A stretch of DNA of 64,000 nt, from assembly GCA_003281185.1 (NCBI GenBank), contig QCCS01000003.1:34343-98342 (forward strand). The letters run 5' to 3'. A model generated the notes under the pieces. That model made no database searches and had not been told where the DNA came from. It saw only the letters and a program-made list of their open reading frames with translations. The translations under genes were made by a program, and so were the position numbers. Position 1 is the first letter of the stretch. Every line of letters starts with the position of its first letter. Of this stretch, positions 18,052-26,488 are shown in pieces. The stretch is from Prochlorococcus sp. AG-347-M15. Its GTDB lineage: Bacteria; Cyanobacteriota; Cyanobacteriia; PCC-6307; Cyanobiaceae.

Positions 18052-18101
18052 ATTCTTTTTGAAAATCAAGTCAGAAAATAATCAAAGTTTTTAAAAATTT
18101 A

Positions 18102-18584
18102 ATGCCATCCGTAACTCGTCCCGCGAATCAGCCTGGAGAATTCTTAGTTGATTATGAAGAAAAAGTATTCCCAGATGTTAAAGCTGAACCAGGTGAGAAA
18201 GCCTTACTAACTTTTCATACTGTCGCTTTTGAGGGTTCGATTGGTCTTGTAAATCTTTTGCAAGCTAGTCGTCTTATAAACAAGGGTTTTGAAACTTCAA
18301 TATTGCTATATGGTCCTGGAGTGACTTTAGGACTACAAAGAGGCTTTCCAAAGCTTGGAGATGCAGCATTTGATGGCCATTTAAACTTTAATGCTCGCTT
18401 AGAAAAATTTATGGGTCAAGGCGGTAAAGTTTATGCCTGTCGATTTGCATTACAAGCTTTGTACGGACATGGAGAAGGAGCTCTTACTCCAGGGATAAAA
18501 CCAATAAGTCCTTTAGATGTACTCGATATCGTTTTAATGCATCGAAAAGAAGGAGCATTTATTTTAGATACTTGGACTCTGTAA
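18102..18584 (+). CDS. nitB: Nit1C DsrE-like protein (MSMEG_0572/Sll0783 family)
   Basis: [34 protein letters not shown]; [16 protein letters not shown]. Confidence 0.9.
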   Translation: MPSVTRPANQPGEFLVDYEEKVFPDVKAEPGEKALLTFHTVAFEGSIGLVNLLQASRLINKGFETSILLYGPGVTLGLQRGFPKLGDAAFDGHLNFNARLEKFMGQGGKVYACRFALQALYGHGEGALTPGIKPISPLDVLDIVLMHRKEGAFILDTWTL

Positions 18585-18602
18585 AACATAAGATCCAAGA
18601 AA

Positions 18603-19595
18603 ATGACTAAAACATTTAAAGTAGCTGCTGCTCAAGTTAGACCTGTACTTTTTGACTTAAATGGTTCATTGAATAAAGTTCTTTTGAAGATCCAAGAGGC
18701 AGCTACAAAAGATGTAAAATTGATAGTCTTTCCCGAAACTTTTCTTCCTTACTACCCATATTTTTCATTTGTAGAGCCGCCAGTTCTAATGGGTAAATCT
18801 CATATGAAGCTATACGAGCAAGCAGTAGAAATCCCGGGTCCAGTTACAGACATAGTTGGGAAATCAGCTAAAAAAAATAACATTCAAGTTCTTTTAGGAG
18901 TTAATGAACTTGATGGTGGAAGTTTGTACAATACTCAAATTCTTTTCAACGAAAAAGGTGAAATTGTTTTAAAAAGAAGAAAAATAACTCCTACTTTTCA
19001 CGAAAGAATGATTTGGGGTCAAGGAGATGGTTCTGGCTTAGAAGTTGTAGATACTCAACTTGGCAAGATAGGATCTTTAGCTTGTTGGGAGCATTATAAC
19101 CCTTTAGCTAGATTTGCTCTCATGGCTAAAGGTGAACAAATACATTGTGCTCAATTTCCTGGTTCATTGGTTGGTCCAATATTTACCGAGCAAACTGCAG
19201 TCACAATGAGACATCACGCCTTAGAGGCTGGCTGTTTTGTGATTTGCTCAACAGGATGGTTAGATCCAGAAGATTATGAAAAGATAACGTCCGAAACCAA
19301 TCTTCACAAAGCATTTCAGGGAGGATGTCACACAGCAATTATCAGTCCAGAAGGTAAATATTTAGCAGGACCACTTGATGATGGAGAAGGATTAGCAATA
19401 GCAGAAATTAATTTATCACTTATTACTAAAAGGAAAAGAATGATGGATAGTGTTGGTCACTACAGTCGTCCAGACCTTCTTTCTCTAAAACTAAATACAT
19501 CCCCTAACAAGGTATTTGAGATGACAAATAAGAAAAATTTTATACCAAAAGATCTAACTGCAAAAGACTATTTAGAGGAAATAAATCATGTCTGA
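18603..19595 (+). CDS. nitC: Nitrilase (Nit1C / Nit6803 type)
   Basis: Glu-Lys-Cys triad: [21 protein letters not shown]; [10 protein letters not shown]. Confidence 0.95.
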   Translation: MTKTFKVAAAQVRPVLFDLNGSLNKVLLKIQEAATKDVKLIVFPETFLPYYPYFSFVEPPVLMGKSHMKLYEQAVEIPGPVTDIVGKSAKKNNIQVLLGVNELDGGSLYNTQILFNEKGEIVLKRRKITPTFHERMIWGQGDGSGLEVVDTQLGKIGSLACWEHYNPLARFALMAKGEQIHCAQFPGSLVGPIFTEQTAVTMRHHALEAGCFVICSTGWLDPEDYEKITSETNLHKAFQGGCHTAIISPEGKYLAGPLDDGEGLAIAEINLSLITKRKRMMDSVGHYSRPDLLSLKLNTSPNKVFEMTNKKNFIPKDLTAKDYLEEINHV

Positions 19596-20676
19596 GATAG
19601 GTAAAATTATTACTGAGTTGCAAGTTAATGGGATAAGTTCTACTCCTAAAAAGGGCAACAGGGGTAGGAAAGGAGGAGCTGGTCCATCGGACCATAGAGC
19701 TTTAACAATTGAAGGAAAAACTGTAATGGTACCGGTTTATAATCACGTATCTAAAAATTCTAATTATCAACTTTCAGAGGAGACTGACGGACAACTTATT
19801 CTCCAGAATAGTGAAGATTCGATCATCAAGGAATTATCCACCACAAAAGAACCAAATTTTTATTCTTTAAAAACAAAAGACGGTATACCTTATAAATCGA
19901 TTGCTCTTCTTCATAGCAAGGATGTATTAGCCACAACTATTCTTCAAAAATGTATTCGTTTCAGAAATAGAGAAGAATCTTGCCAGTTTTGTGCAATAGA
20001 ACAATCTTTGGAAAACGAACAAACCATCGTAAGAAAAACTCCAAATCAAATAGCTGAAGTTGCAGAAGCAGCTGTAAGACTTGATGGAATAAAGCAATTA
20101 GTAATGACAACAGGGACCCCTAACAGTAGCGATAGAGGAGCAAGAATAATGGCAGAAGCCGCTAAGGCTGTTAAGGCTAAAGTTAATATTCCAATCCAAG
20201 GTCAATGCGAACCGCCTGATGATCCTATTTGGTTTCAGAAAATGAAAGACTCAGGTGTAGATAGTTTAGGCATGCATTTAGAGGTTGTAGAGGAGGAGAT
20301 AAGAAAAAAAATTCTTCCCGGCAAATCTGAAATTTCTCTTGAAAGATACTATAAATCTTTCGAAGAAAGCGTAGCAGTATTTGGAAGAGGAGAAGTTTCT
20401 ACATATCTATTAGCCGGATTAGGTGATAGCAAAGAATCTCTAATAAATTGCAGTAAAAAATTAATATCTATAGGAGTTTATCCTTTTGTAGTTCCATTTG
20501 TGCCAATAGCAGGAACTCCTCTAGAACATCATCCCTCCCCAAGTACTGATTTCATGATTGATATTTATCAATCAGTTTCACATTTACTAAATGAAGGCAA
20601 CATAAAATCTGATGAAATGTCAGCTGGCTGTGCCAAATGTGGTGCCTGCTCAGCTTTATCTATATTTGAGAGTTAA
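19588..20676 (+). CDS. nitD: Radical SAM protein (MSMEG_0568 family)
   Basis: RKGGAGPSDH, C-x9-CQFC, C-terminal GCAKCGACS. Confidence 0.92.
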   Translation: MSEIGKIITELQVNGISSTPKKGNRGRKGGAGPSDHRALTIEGKTVMVPVYNHVSKNSNYQLSEETDGQLILQNSEDSIIKELSTTKEPNFYSLKTKDGIPYKSIALLHSKDVLATTILQKCIRFRNREESCQFCAIEQSLENEQTIVRKTPNQIAEVAEAAVRLDGIKQLVMTTGTPNSSDRGARIMAEAAKAVKAKVNIPIQGQCEPPDDPIWFQKMKDSGVDSLGMHLEVVEEEIRKKILPGKSEISLERYYKSFEESVAVFGRGEVSTYLLAGLGDSKESLINCSKKLISIGVYPFVVPFVPIAGTPLEHHPSPSTDFMIDIYQSVSHLLNEGNIKSDEMSAGCAKCGACSALSIFES

Positions 20677-20682
20677 AAAATT

Positions 20683-21321
20683 ATGTTTTTTATTGACCCC
20701 TCAAGTCAGGATATAGGCAGAAGCTTTAGCTCTGCGCCTTACTATTTCACACCCTCTGTAAGATCAGGTATCGGGATTGAAGAAGAAGATTTCATGCTAT
20801 CTCCAAATTCAAATTCAGAAAACTTTTCATTTCATTTGCTTGAAGAGAATTCTCCCCTTATCAAAGACTACTGGGGATTACGAAAGAGAATATTTTGCGA
20901 GGAACAAAATATTTTTGCTGAATCAGATATTGATGAAATTGATCAAGTGGCGTACCCAATAGTTTCCCTGAATTATGGATATGGCACTCAAGAGAGAGTC
21001 GTTGGAGTAGTAAGAATTTACGAAACAGAAAAAAGACAATGGTACGGTGGGAGACTAGGTGTTGATTCTACTTTCCGTAAATTTAACCAAATAGGAAAAG
21101 GATTGATCTGGAAAGCAGTAACTACAGCGAATGGATGGGGATGCGATCAATTTTTAGCCACTGTTCAGATACAAAATGTAAGGTTTTTTAGACGACTCAA
21201 ATGGAATTCAATTAAACAAATTGAAATCAAAGGAATAAAACATCACTTAATGGAGGCTGACTTAAATTATTACAAGCCATCAAAATTAAGCAGACCAGGC
21301 TCATATTTAGTGAAAAAGTGA
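20683..21321 (+). CDS. nitE: GNAT acetyltransferase (MSMEG_0567 N-term/Sll0786 family)
   Basis: LR..IFCEEQ..F..SD.DE.D, W.GGRLGV, FLATVQ.QNV.FF..L.W, H.LMEADL. Confidence 0.88.
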   Translation: MFFIDPSSQDIGRSFSSAPYYFTPSVRSGIGIEEEDFMLSPNSNSENFSFHLLEENSPLIKDYWGLRKRIFCEEQNIFAESDIDEIDQVAYPIVSLNYGYGTQERVVGVVRIYETEKRQWYGGRLGVDSTFRKFNQIGKGLIWKAVTTANGWGCDQFLATVQIQNVRFFRRLKWNSIKQIEIKGIKHHLMEADLNYYKPSKLSRPGSYLVKK

Positions 21322-21330
21322 TCACAAAAA

Positions 21331-22311
21331 ATGTTAGATAAACTTATCAAAAAATTGCAAACACATAGTGGTATTGAATCTAAAAAAGATATTCAAAGTG
21401 CTGCAAAAACTTTCTCACATAGCCCGTTCAATGAACTTGGCAAATCTGCAATGCTTGGAGATGATGCTGCAGTAATCCCTAAGCAATCAGGTTTGTTATT
21501 AATGGCAAGTGAAGGAATTAGTCCAAGCTTGGTAGAAAAAGAGCCGTGGTTCGCAGGCTGGAGCAGTGTATTGGTAAATATCAGTGACATCGTTGCGATG
21601 GGCGGTAAACCTTTAGCTTTAGTTAACAGTATTTGGAGTGATAAAAATGATTTAGAAAAACATAATCAAATTCTTTCTGGCATGAGTTTTGCGTGTGAAA
21701 AATTTAATGTACCAATGGTTGGTGGTCACTCAAATCAAAAAAGTCCTTATACTGCTTTATCAGTATCAATTCTTGGACTGGTAGATGGTCCCATTCTTTC
21801 TTCAAGATTCGCAGAGTCTGAAGATGAATTATGGATAATAGCAAACAAAAATGGATGCTTTTTTAAAGATTATCCCTTTTGGGATGCAGCTACGAAAGCA
21901 TCTGCAACTTTACTTAGAAAACATTTTTCATTAATACCGTTTCTTGCTAAAAAAAATATCATTCATGCGGCCAAAGACATAAGCATGGGCGGCATAACAG
22001 GTACTGCAGTTATGTTTGCTGAATCTGCTGGAAAAACAATTGTAATTGATCTTGAGAAAATTCAACGCCCTAAAGGAGTAACAGAATTCGACTGGCTTAC
22101 TTGTTTCCCAAGCTATGGGTTTCTTTGTGCTATAAAACCATCTAAAGCTAATTTTTTAAAGGAAGCTTTAAGAGCATATAAAGAACTAATTTGCTGTCAT
22201 GTCGGCAACTTTAAAAACGGGAATAGCAGTGTTTATATCAAAAATTCAAATGGAGCAAAATTACTTTGGGAAGAAGATACTCCTCTCACTGGATTTACTC
22301 ATGCAAATTAA
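21331..22311 (+). CDS. nitF: AIR synthase/PurM-like protein (Sll0787 family)
   Basis: GDDAAVI, EPWFAGW, VNISDIVAMGG, VGGHSN, AAKDISMGG, WL.CFPSYGF. Confidence 0.9.
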   Translation: MLDKLIKKLQTHSGIESKKDIQSAAKTFSHSPFNELGKSAMLGDDAAVIPKQSGLLLMASEGISPSLVEKEPWFAGWSSVLVNISDIVAMGGKPLALVNSIWSDKNDLEKHNQILSGMSFACEKFNVPMVGGHSNQKSPYTALSVSILGLVDGPILSSRFAESEDELWIIANKNGCFFKDYPFWDAATKASATLLRKHFSLIPFLAKKNIIHAAKDISMGGITGTAVMFAESAGKTIVIDLEKIQRPKGVTEFDWLTCFPSYGFLCAIKPSKANFLKEALRAYKELICCHVGNFKNGNSSVYIKNSNGAKLLWEEDTPLTGFTHAN

Positions 22312-22370
22312 ATCAATAATGCTCCAATCAACTAAAATTTTCATATAAAACAAAGGAAACTAATTTAAAA

Positions 22371-22646
22371 ATGCCAGAAATTAATTTTCAAATAAATTTA
22401 CCTGACGGTAAAAAAGCGTCTCTATATTCACCTTCTACAGTAATTTTAGAATATTTAAAACCTGGAGATTCCTTGAAAATTTCAGATTTTAAGTCTCTAG
22501 CTATTCAAGCTTTGCATAAAGCTTCTGAAAAAGTAAGAGCAAAATATGGTTTTGCTTGTACTAGAACACTAGAAGAAGAAGAAAAAATACTAAGTTGGAT
22601 TTCTAATTATGATCCTGACCAACTTATTTCAATATCAATGGAATAA
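22371..22646 (+). CDS. nitG: Nit1C small protein (MSMEG_0570 family)
   Basis: MPE..F.I..PDG....YSPS.VI..Y, AS..VR.KYGFAC. Confidence 0.88.
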   Translation: MPEINFQINLPDGKKASLYSPSTVILEYLKPGDSLKISDFKSLAIQALHKASEKVRAKYGFACTRTLEEEEKILSWISNYDPDQLISISME

Positions 22647-22890
22647 GCTATTCAAAATTGTATTTACTTAAAAAAATAGAAGCCTAAATCAAGCCTTTCC
22701 TACCTAGACCTATTAATAAAACTTTTAAAAAAGTATTTTTTCTCATTTCTTAAACATGATACTTGCCCATTTATGATGCCAAGAAAATAAAAAAGGCAAT
22801 CACAAAAACAACTATTTAAAGAAATATGTAACGTTTATGCTACAATAATGTAATAAATATCTTGAATATAATTTAATTTCGGCTTAATAC

Positions 22891-22929
22891 TTTACATTTG
22901 TTAATAGTAGTGTTACATTAATTAACAAT
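22891..22929 (+). promoter_or_regulatory. HLR1-like (RpaB-type) direct repeats upstream of the hli array
   Basis: GTTACATT-aa-TTAACAAT at 22912-22929 and TTTACATT at 22891. Confidence 0.5.
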
Positions 22930-22941
22930 TACACAACTTTA

Positions 22942-23148
22942 ATGGCTAATTCAAACGTTACTACTGAATCAGGCGGCAGGCAGAATATGTTTCCTACTGA
23001 GACACGTCCTTACATAGATGAGTCTGTTTCTTACGACAGCTACCCACAAAATGCAGAAAAAGTTAATGGTCGTTGGGCGATGATTGGGCTTGTTGCGTTG
23101 GTAGGTGCTTACGTTTCAACCGGACAAATTATTCCTGGCATTTTTTAA
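22942..23148 (+). CDS. hli: High-light-inducible protein (Hli)
   Basis: AEKVNGRWAMIG...TGQIIPGIF. Confidence 0.95.
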   Translation: MANSNVTTESGGRQNMFPTETRPYIDESVSYDSYPQNAEKVNGRWAMIGLVALVGAYVSTGQIIPGIF

Positions 23149-23408
23149 TGAGTCCACTTTTAGGTTTCTTAGCCGTAATTGTATTCTTTACAGCCATCCT
23201 CGTTGCTTATCTAACCAAGCAATTTCAAAACGAAAATTTAAACTATTCATCTTTTAATCAAATGAAAAACTCAAACACAAAAGTTAAAACAATCGAAAAA
23301 GAAAAAGTTGTTGCTGAAACACTTAATGGCAGATTCGCAATGCTTGGATTAATTGCTGCAGTTGGAGCATATCTAACAACAGGTCAAATAATCCCAGGTT
23401 TCGTTTAA
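23148..23408 (+). CDS. hli: High-light-inducible protein (Hli) with extra N-terminal TM
   Basis: Start MSPLLG at TAATG overlap; AETLNGRFAMLG...TGQIIPGFV. Confidence 0.9.
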   Translation: MSPLLGFLAVIVFFTAILVAYLTKQFQNENLNYSSFNQMKNSNTKVKTIEKEKVVAETLNGRFAMLGLIAAVGAYLTTGQIIPGFV

Positions 23409-23443
23409 AACTCATTATTTAATTAACCTTCAAACCAAATAAA

Positions 23444-23572
23444 ATGGAAAACTCAAAAACAACTTATTGGCAAAATGCTGAGCGAACTAATGGAAGAATG
23501 GCAATGATGGGCTTGTTTGCATTAGTTGTAAACTATGGCTTATTCGGCTGGATTATCCCAGGAATCTTTTAA
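23444..23572 (+). CDS. hli: High-light-inducible protein (Hli), 42 aa
   Basis: Not in ORF track; MENSKTTYWQNAERTNGRMAMMGLFALVVNYGLFGWIIPGIF*. Confidence 0.9.
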   Translation: MENSKTTYWQNAERTNGRMAMMGLFALVVNYGLFGWIIPGIF

Positions 23573-23573
23573 A

Positions 23574-23753
23574 ATGAATTTAGGCTTACTTTTTCTTAAA
23601 GTAAATACTTTAGGAGTAATAACTCTTTCAGAACTTGATTGGATAACTAACCATCAATCCGAATTTTCTAGGTTAGATATGGCTTTAGTTATTAAAATTG
23701 GACGTCTTATGGATTCTGGAGTAGTAGAAATCGATAATAGATTACCTGTTTAA
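23574..23753 (+). CDS. Hypothetical protein at the end of the hli operon (59 aa)
   Basis: MNLGLLFLKVNTLGVIT.SELDWIT..Q..FSR; start 1 nt after the hli stop. Confidence 0.75.
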   Translation: MNLGLLFLKVNTLGVITLSELDWITNHQSEFSRLDMALVIKIGRLMDSGVVEIDNRLPV

Positions 23754-23773
23754 TTTCAAAAATGATCGTTATG

Positions 23774-23810
23774 AGTGTTTGTCAATAGGGATACTGACAA
23801 GCACTTTTTT
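23774..23810 (+). terminator. Intrinsic terminator of the hli operon
   Basis: AGTGTTTGTCA-loop-TGACAAGCACT followed by a T-run. Confidence 0.7.
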
Positions 23811-23830
23811 ATGAGGAAAAACTATATATC

Positions 23831-23870
23831 AAAAAAAAAGAGATTGTTTCTTAGCTTAAAACAATCTCTC
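23831..23870 (-). terminator. Intrinsic terminator (minus strand)
   Basis: GAGATTGTTT..AAACAATCTC inverted repeat preceded by an A-run on the + strand. Confidence 0.6.
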
Positions 23871-23962
23871 AATTACCTAATTCTTACATGAAAATTTCAA
23901 GTAATCTCACAGATTTTAACTGATTTTTTTTTATAGTAAATACTTAAAAATGCTTTTGTTAT

Positions 23963-24178
23963 TTATCTTTTTAACCCACCTCTTTTAATCCATAAAAACC
24001 ATGTAACCCAAATAGGAGGGAGAAATCTTATTAAAAAAGAAATTTTATAAATATAAAATGGCGCATTTTCACTTTGAAATAAATTTATCAAAAAAGTAGA
24101 TATAGTGACCCAAAGTAAAATTATTAATATATTGGCTCCCAATAAAGCGAACTTATTTTGTTTAAATATTTTTGGCAT
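23963..24178 (-). CDS. Hypothetical membrane protein
   Basis: ORF track; two TM. Confidence 0.6.
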   Translation of the reverse strand: MPKIFKQNKFALLGANILIILLWVTISTFLINLFQSENAPFYIYKISFLIRFLPPIWVTWFLWIKRGGLKR

Positions 24179-24236
24179 GAGGTAAATTTTTTATATTCTT
24201 AATTTTAAATAATCTCGAGAAATTATTTATACATTT

Positions 24237-24488
24237 TCAAAAAAACTTTAAATTTAAAATCCATATCCAAATAAAAAAAATACTAAATTTTAATCCCTCT
24301 CCAAATAATATTCCAAAGACAATAGGAGGCGTAAATATTAAAAAAATAATAGAGAATATACAAAATAAAGCAAATGATCCTCTTAGAAAAAAATTTTTTC
24401 TTTTTGTTCTTCTTAAATTTTTTAAAGTATTCCACTCCCATTCGATTAACCTATAAAACTTTTCTGATAATAAAAATAAATACTTCAT
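24237..24488 (-). CDS. Hypothetical membrane protein
   Basis: ORF track; hydrophobic. Confidence 0.5.
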   Translation of the reverse strand: MKYLFLLSEKFYRLIEWEWNTLKNLRRTKRKNFFLRGSFALFCIFSIIFLIFTPPIVFGILFGEGLKFSIFFIWIWILNLKFF

Positions 24489-24541
24489 TAATATTATAAA
24501 TTTCTATCGGCTTTTCTTATTTATAAAATTTATTTCGCCTA

Positions 24542-24832
24542 TTAGCAATAAACTTTATCCCCTTCTTCAGAAAGAAAGTAAATTCTATTTTCTGTACTTA
24601 CAAAGAAAGTTAATCCCTTATATTGTGATCTTTTAAATTTATCTAATCTATGTTTGTGTAAATCCCAATTATCAGTACTTATGTCAGGATTAAATTCTTG
24701 TTCTTTTAAGAAAGGTGCATAAGTTGGAATAATTGTTGTTTTTTGGGCTAAAATTATATTCCGTTTTGAATAAAAAAATAATAAAATTAAAAGTACCAAA
24801 AAAAGAATTAATAATATATTTGTCATTGTCAA
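24542..24832 (-). CDS. Hypothetical membrane-anchored protein
   Basis: ORF track; N-terminal TM, C-terminal beta-rich GDKVYC. Confidence 0.7.
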   Translation of the reverse strand: MTMTNILLILFLVLLILLFFYSKRNIILAQKTTIIPTYAPFLKEQEFNPDISTDNWDLHKHRLDKFKRSQYKGLTFFVSTENRIYFLSEEGDKVYC

Positions 24833-24988
24833 TTTTTCTGATTTGAAAAAACTTTATTTTGGAGAATCAAGAACTTTTCACAATAAATTTCTTAGTAAGT
24901 AAAAAATCCTATTTTTATATTCTTGTATTTTTGAATACTTATCAAGGGTTTACCTAAATCAGATTATAAAGTGAGTCGCATTTTAAAC

Positions 24989-25132
24989 ATGACTCAAAAT
25001 TCAATGAATACTCCTTATGCAAAAAGAGTAGCTGAAAAATTTAGAGAGGCTCAAAATTATTTAAAAACTAATGGTTTTAGTAGATCAACTAAACATTTAC
25101 TGGAAGATATTGAAAATACAGTTGAAAAATAA
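24989..25132 (+). CDS. Small hypothetical protein (47 aa)
   Basis: MTQNSMNTPYAKRVAEKFREAQNYLKTNGFSRSTKHLLEDIENTVEK*. Confidence 0.55.
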   Translation: MTQNSMNTPYAKRVAEKFREAQNYLKTNGFSRSTKHLLEDIENTVEK

Positions 25133-25172
25133 TGGGTTAAGTCAGATTACTTAAAAAGTTATAATAAACTTA

Positions 25173-26024
25173 ATGCATGTAAATCTACCTAATATTTTAG
25201 TAAACAAAAAACGAGTATTTAATATCAGAATAAAAACATTTATATTTATGATGTTTATAGCTTCTGCTTCTGGTTGCTCTTATTTTGATAGAGGTAATAA
25301 TTTTTCAAAAGAATTAAGCAATAAATTTAACAAGGAAATTATAAGTAATTACTCTAAGGCCATATCAAGAAATCCTGAGAATTTTTTATATTACATTGAG
25401 AGAGGAAGAGCAAAACATGCTTTTGGAGATTATGTTGAAGCCATACAGGATTATAAAAATTCATTTAGTCTTAATCCTGATTTAAAAGTCATTTTTTATA
25501 TGGCCAATTCTAAATATGCTTATGGGGATCACAAGGGAGCAATAAAAGAATACGAAAAATTGCTCTCTGAAAATTTATTCAAGGACCAAGTATTTTTTTA
25601 TATTGCGAATTCTCATTTAATACTCTTAGACTATGATGATGCAATTAAAAACTACACGAAATCTATTAAATATGATCAAGACGAGGCAAATGCTTATTTA
25701 AATAGAGGAAATGCAAAATTCAATATCAGGGATTATAAAGGCTCTTTGAAAGATTACGAGAAATCTATAAATATCAATAAAAAATCCTATATAGCTTTCA
25801 ACAATATGGGTGTTATTAAATTCAAATTAGGAAATTATAGAAGCGCTTTAAAAGACTTTAAAAATTCTCTAAGATTAAATTCCCGAAATTATAATACTTT
25901 TTACAATAAATCTTTAACTCATTTTGAGTTGAATGAAACTAAAAAAGCTTGTATTGACTTAAAAAAGTCAATCAAGCTTGGTAAAGAAATTTTCAAGGGA
26001 GAATATTCAAAAATATGCACTTAA
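25173..26024 (+). CDS. TPR-repeat protein, possible lipoprotein
   Basis: Multiple repeats such as AYLNRG.AK...DYKGS..DY.KSI; ASGC lipobox-like motif. Confidence 0.9.
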   Translation: MHVNLPNILVNKKRVFNIRIKTFIFMMFIASASGCSYFDRGNNFSKELSNKFNKEIISNYSKAISRNPENFLYYIERGRAKHAFGDYVEAIQDYKNSFSLNPDLKVIFYMANSKYAYGDHKGAIKEYEKLLSENLFKDQVFFYIANSHLILLDYDDAIKNYTKSIKYDQDEANAYLNRGNAKFNIRDYKGSLKDYEKSININKKSYIAFNNMGVIKFKLGNYRSALKDFKNSLRLNSRNYNTFYNKSLTHFELNETKKACIDLKKSIKLGKEIFKGEYSKICT

Positions 26025-26070
26025 AAATTTAAATACTAAATTTATTCAATATTTAGTGGTAAATATTGTT

Positions 26071-26391
26071 CTAATTTGCTAGAAGTGCTTCAAGTTCAGC
26101 AACTTCAGCTGCCAACTTAGAAGTATCTTCACCTGCTGCTGCTGCTTTAGATAAAGCTCTTTTCTTAAAACTTAGTTTTGCCTTAGCTTGCTTTGCTTTT
26201 TTAGCCGCCTTTGCTGCTGGTGATGAACCACCACCACCGCCACCACCACAGGCGAGAAGATTATCGTTAAACAATTCATATTCAAATCTCTCTGTTAGAT
26301 GATTTGCAAGTAGTTCATTCCCTAGGAAGAAACTTAAAGGAAACACAACAAGTGCGCCTAAAGAGAGGTTAAAAGCTTTCTTTAACTTCAT
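26071..26391 (-). CDS. Secreted low-complexity protein with LLAC-Gly7 motif and Ala/Lys-rich helix
   Basis: Signal peptide; LLACGGGGGGGSSPAAKAAKKAKQAKAK. Confidence 0.8.
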   Translation of the reverse strand: MKLKKAFNLSLGALVVFPLSFFLGNELLANHLTERFEYELFNDNLLACGGGGGGGSSPAAKAAKKAKQAKAKLSFKKRALSKAAAAGEDTSKLAAEVAELEALLAN

Positions 26392-26488
26392 TAAATAAAA
26401 AAATTTTTATAATTCTATGCTTTTACGTTTAGATAAAAATAAACAAAATAATATTTTTTAATATTTGTATAATTTTAAAGTATAAAAT

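Noticed and set aside
21331-22311. Selenophosphate synthetase SelD / selenium system with SelO
   Set aside because: The protein fits the Sll0787-type AIRS member of Nit1C; SelO ends SCSS-TAA with no in-frame TGA
22828-22843. NtcA site upstream of the hli array
   Set aside because: GTA..TAC spacing is 10 nt, not 8; HLR1-like repeats explain the region better
23073-23147. N-terminal extension of the second hli ORF (likewise 23535 for the last operon gene)
   Set aside because: Overlaps the upstream hli gene in another frame; coupled starts at 23148 and 23574 are more plausible
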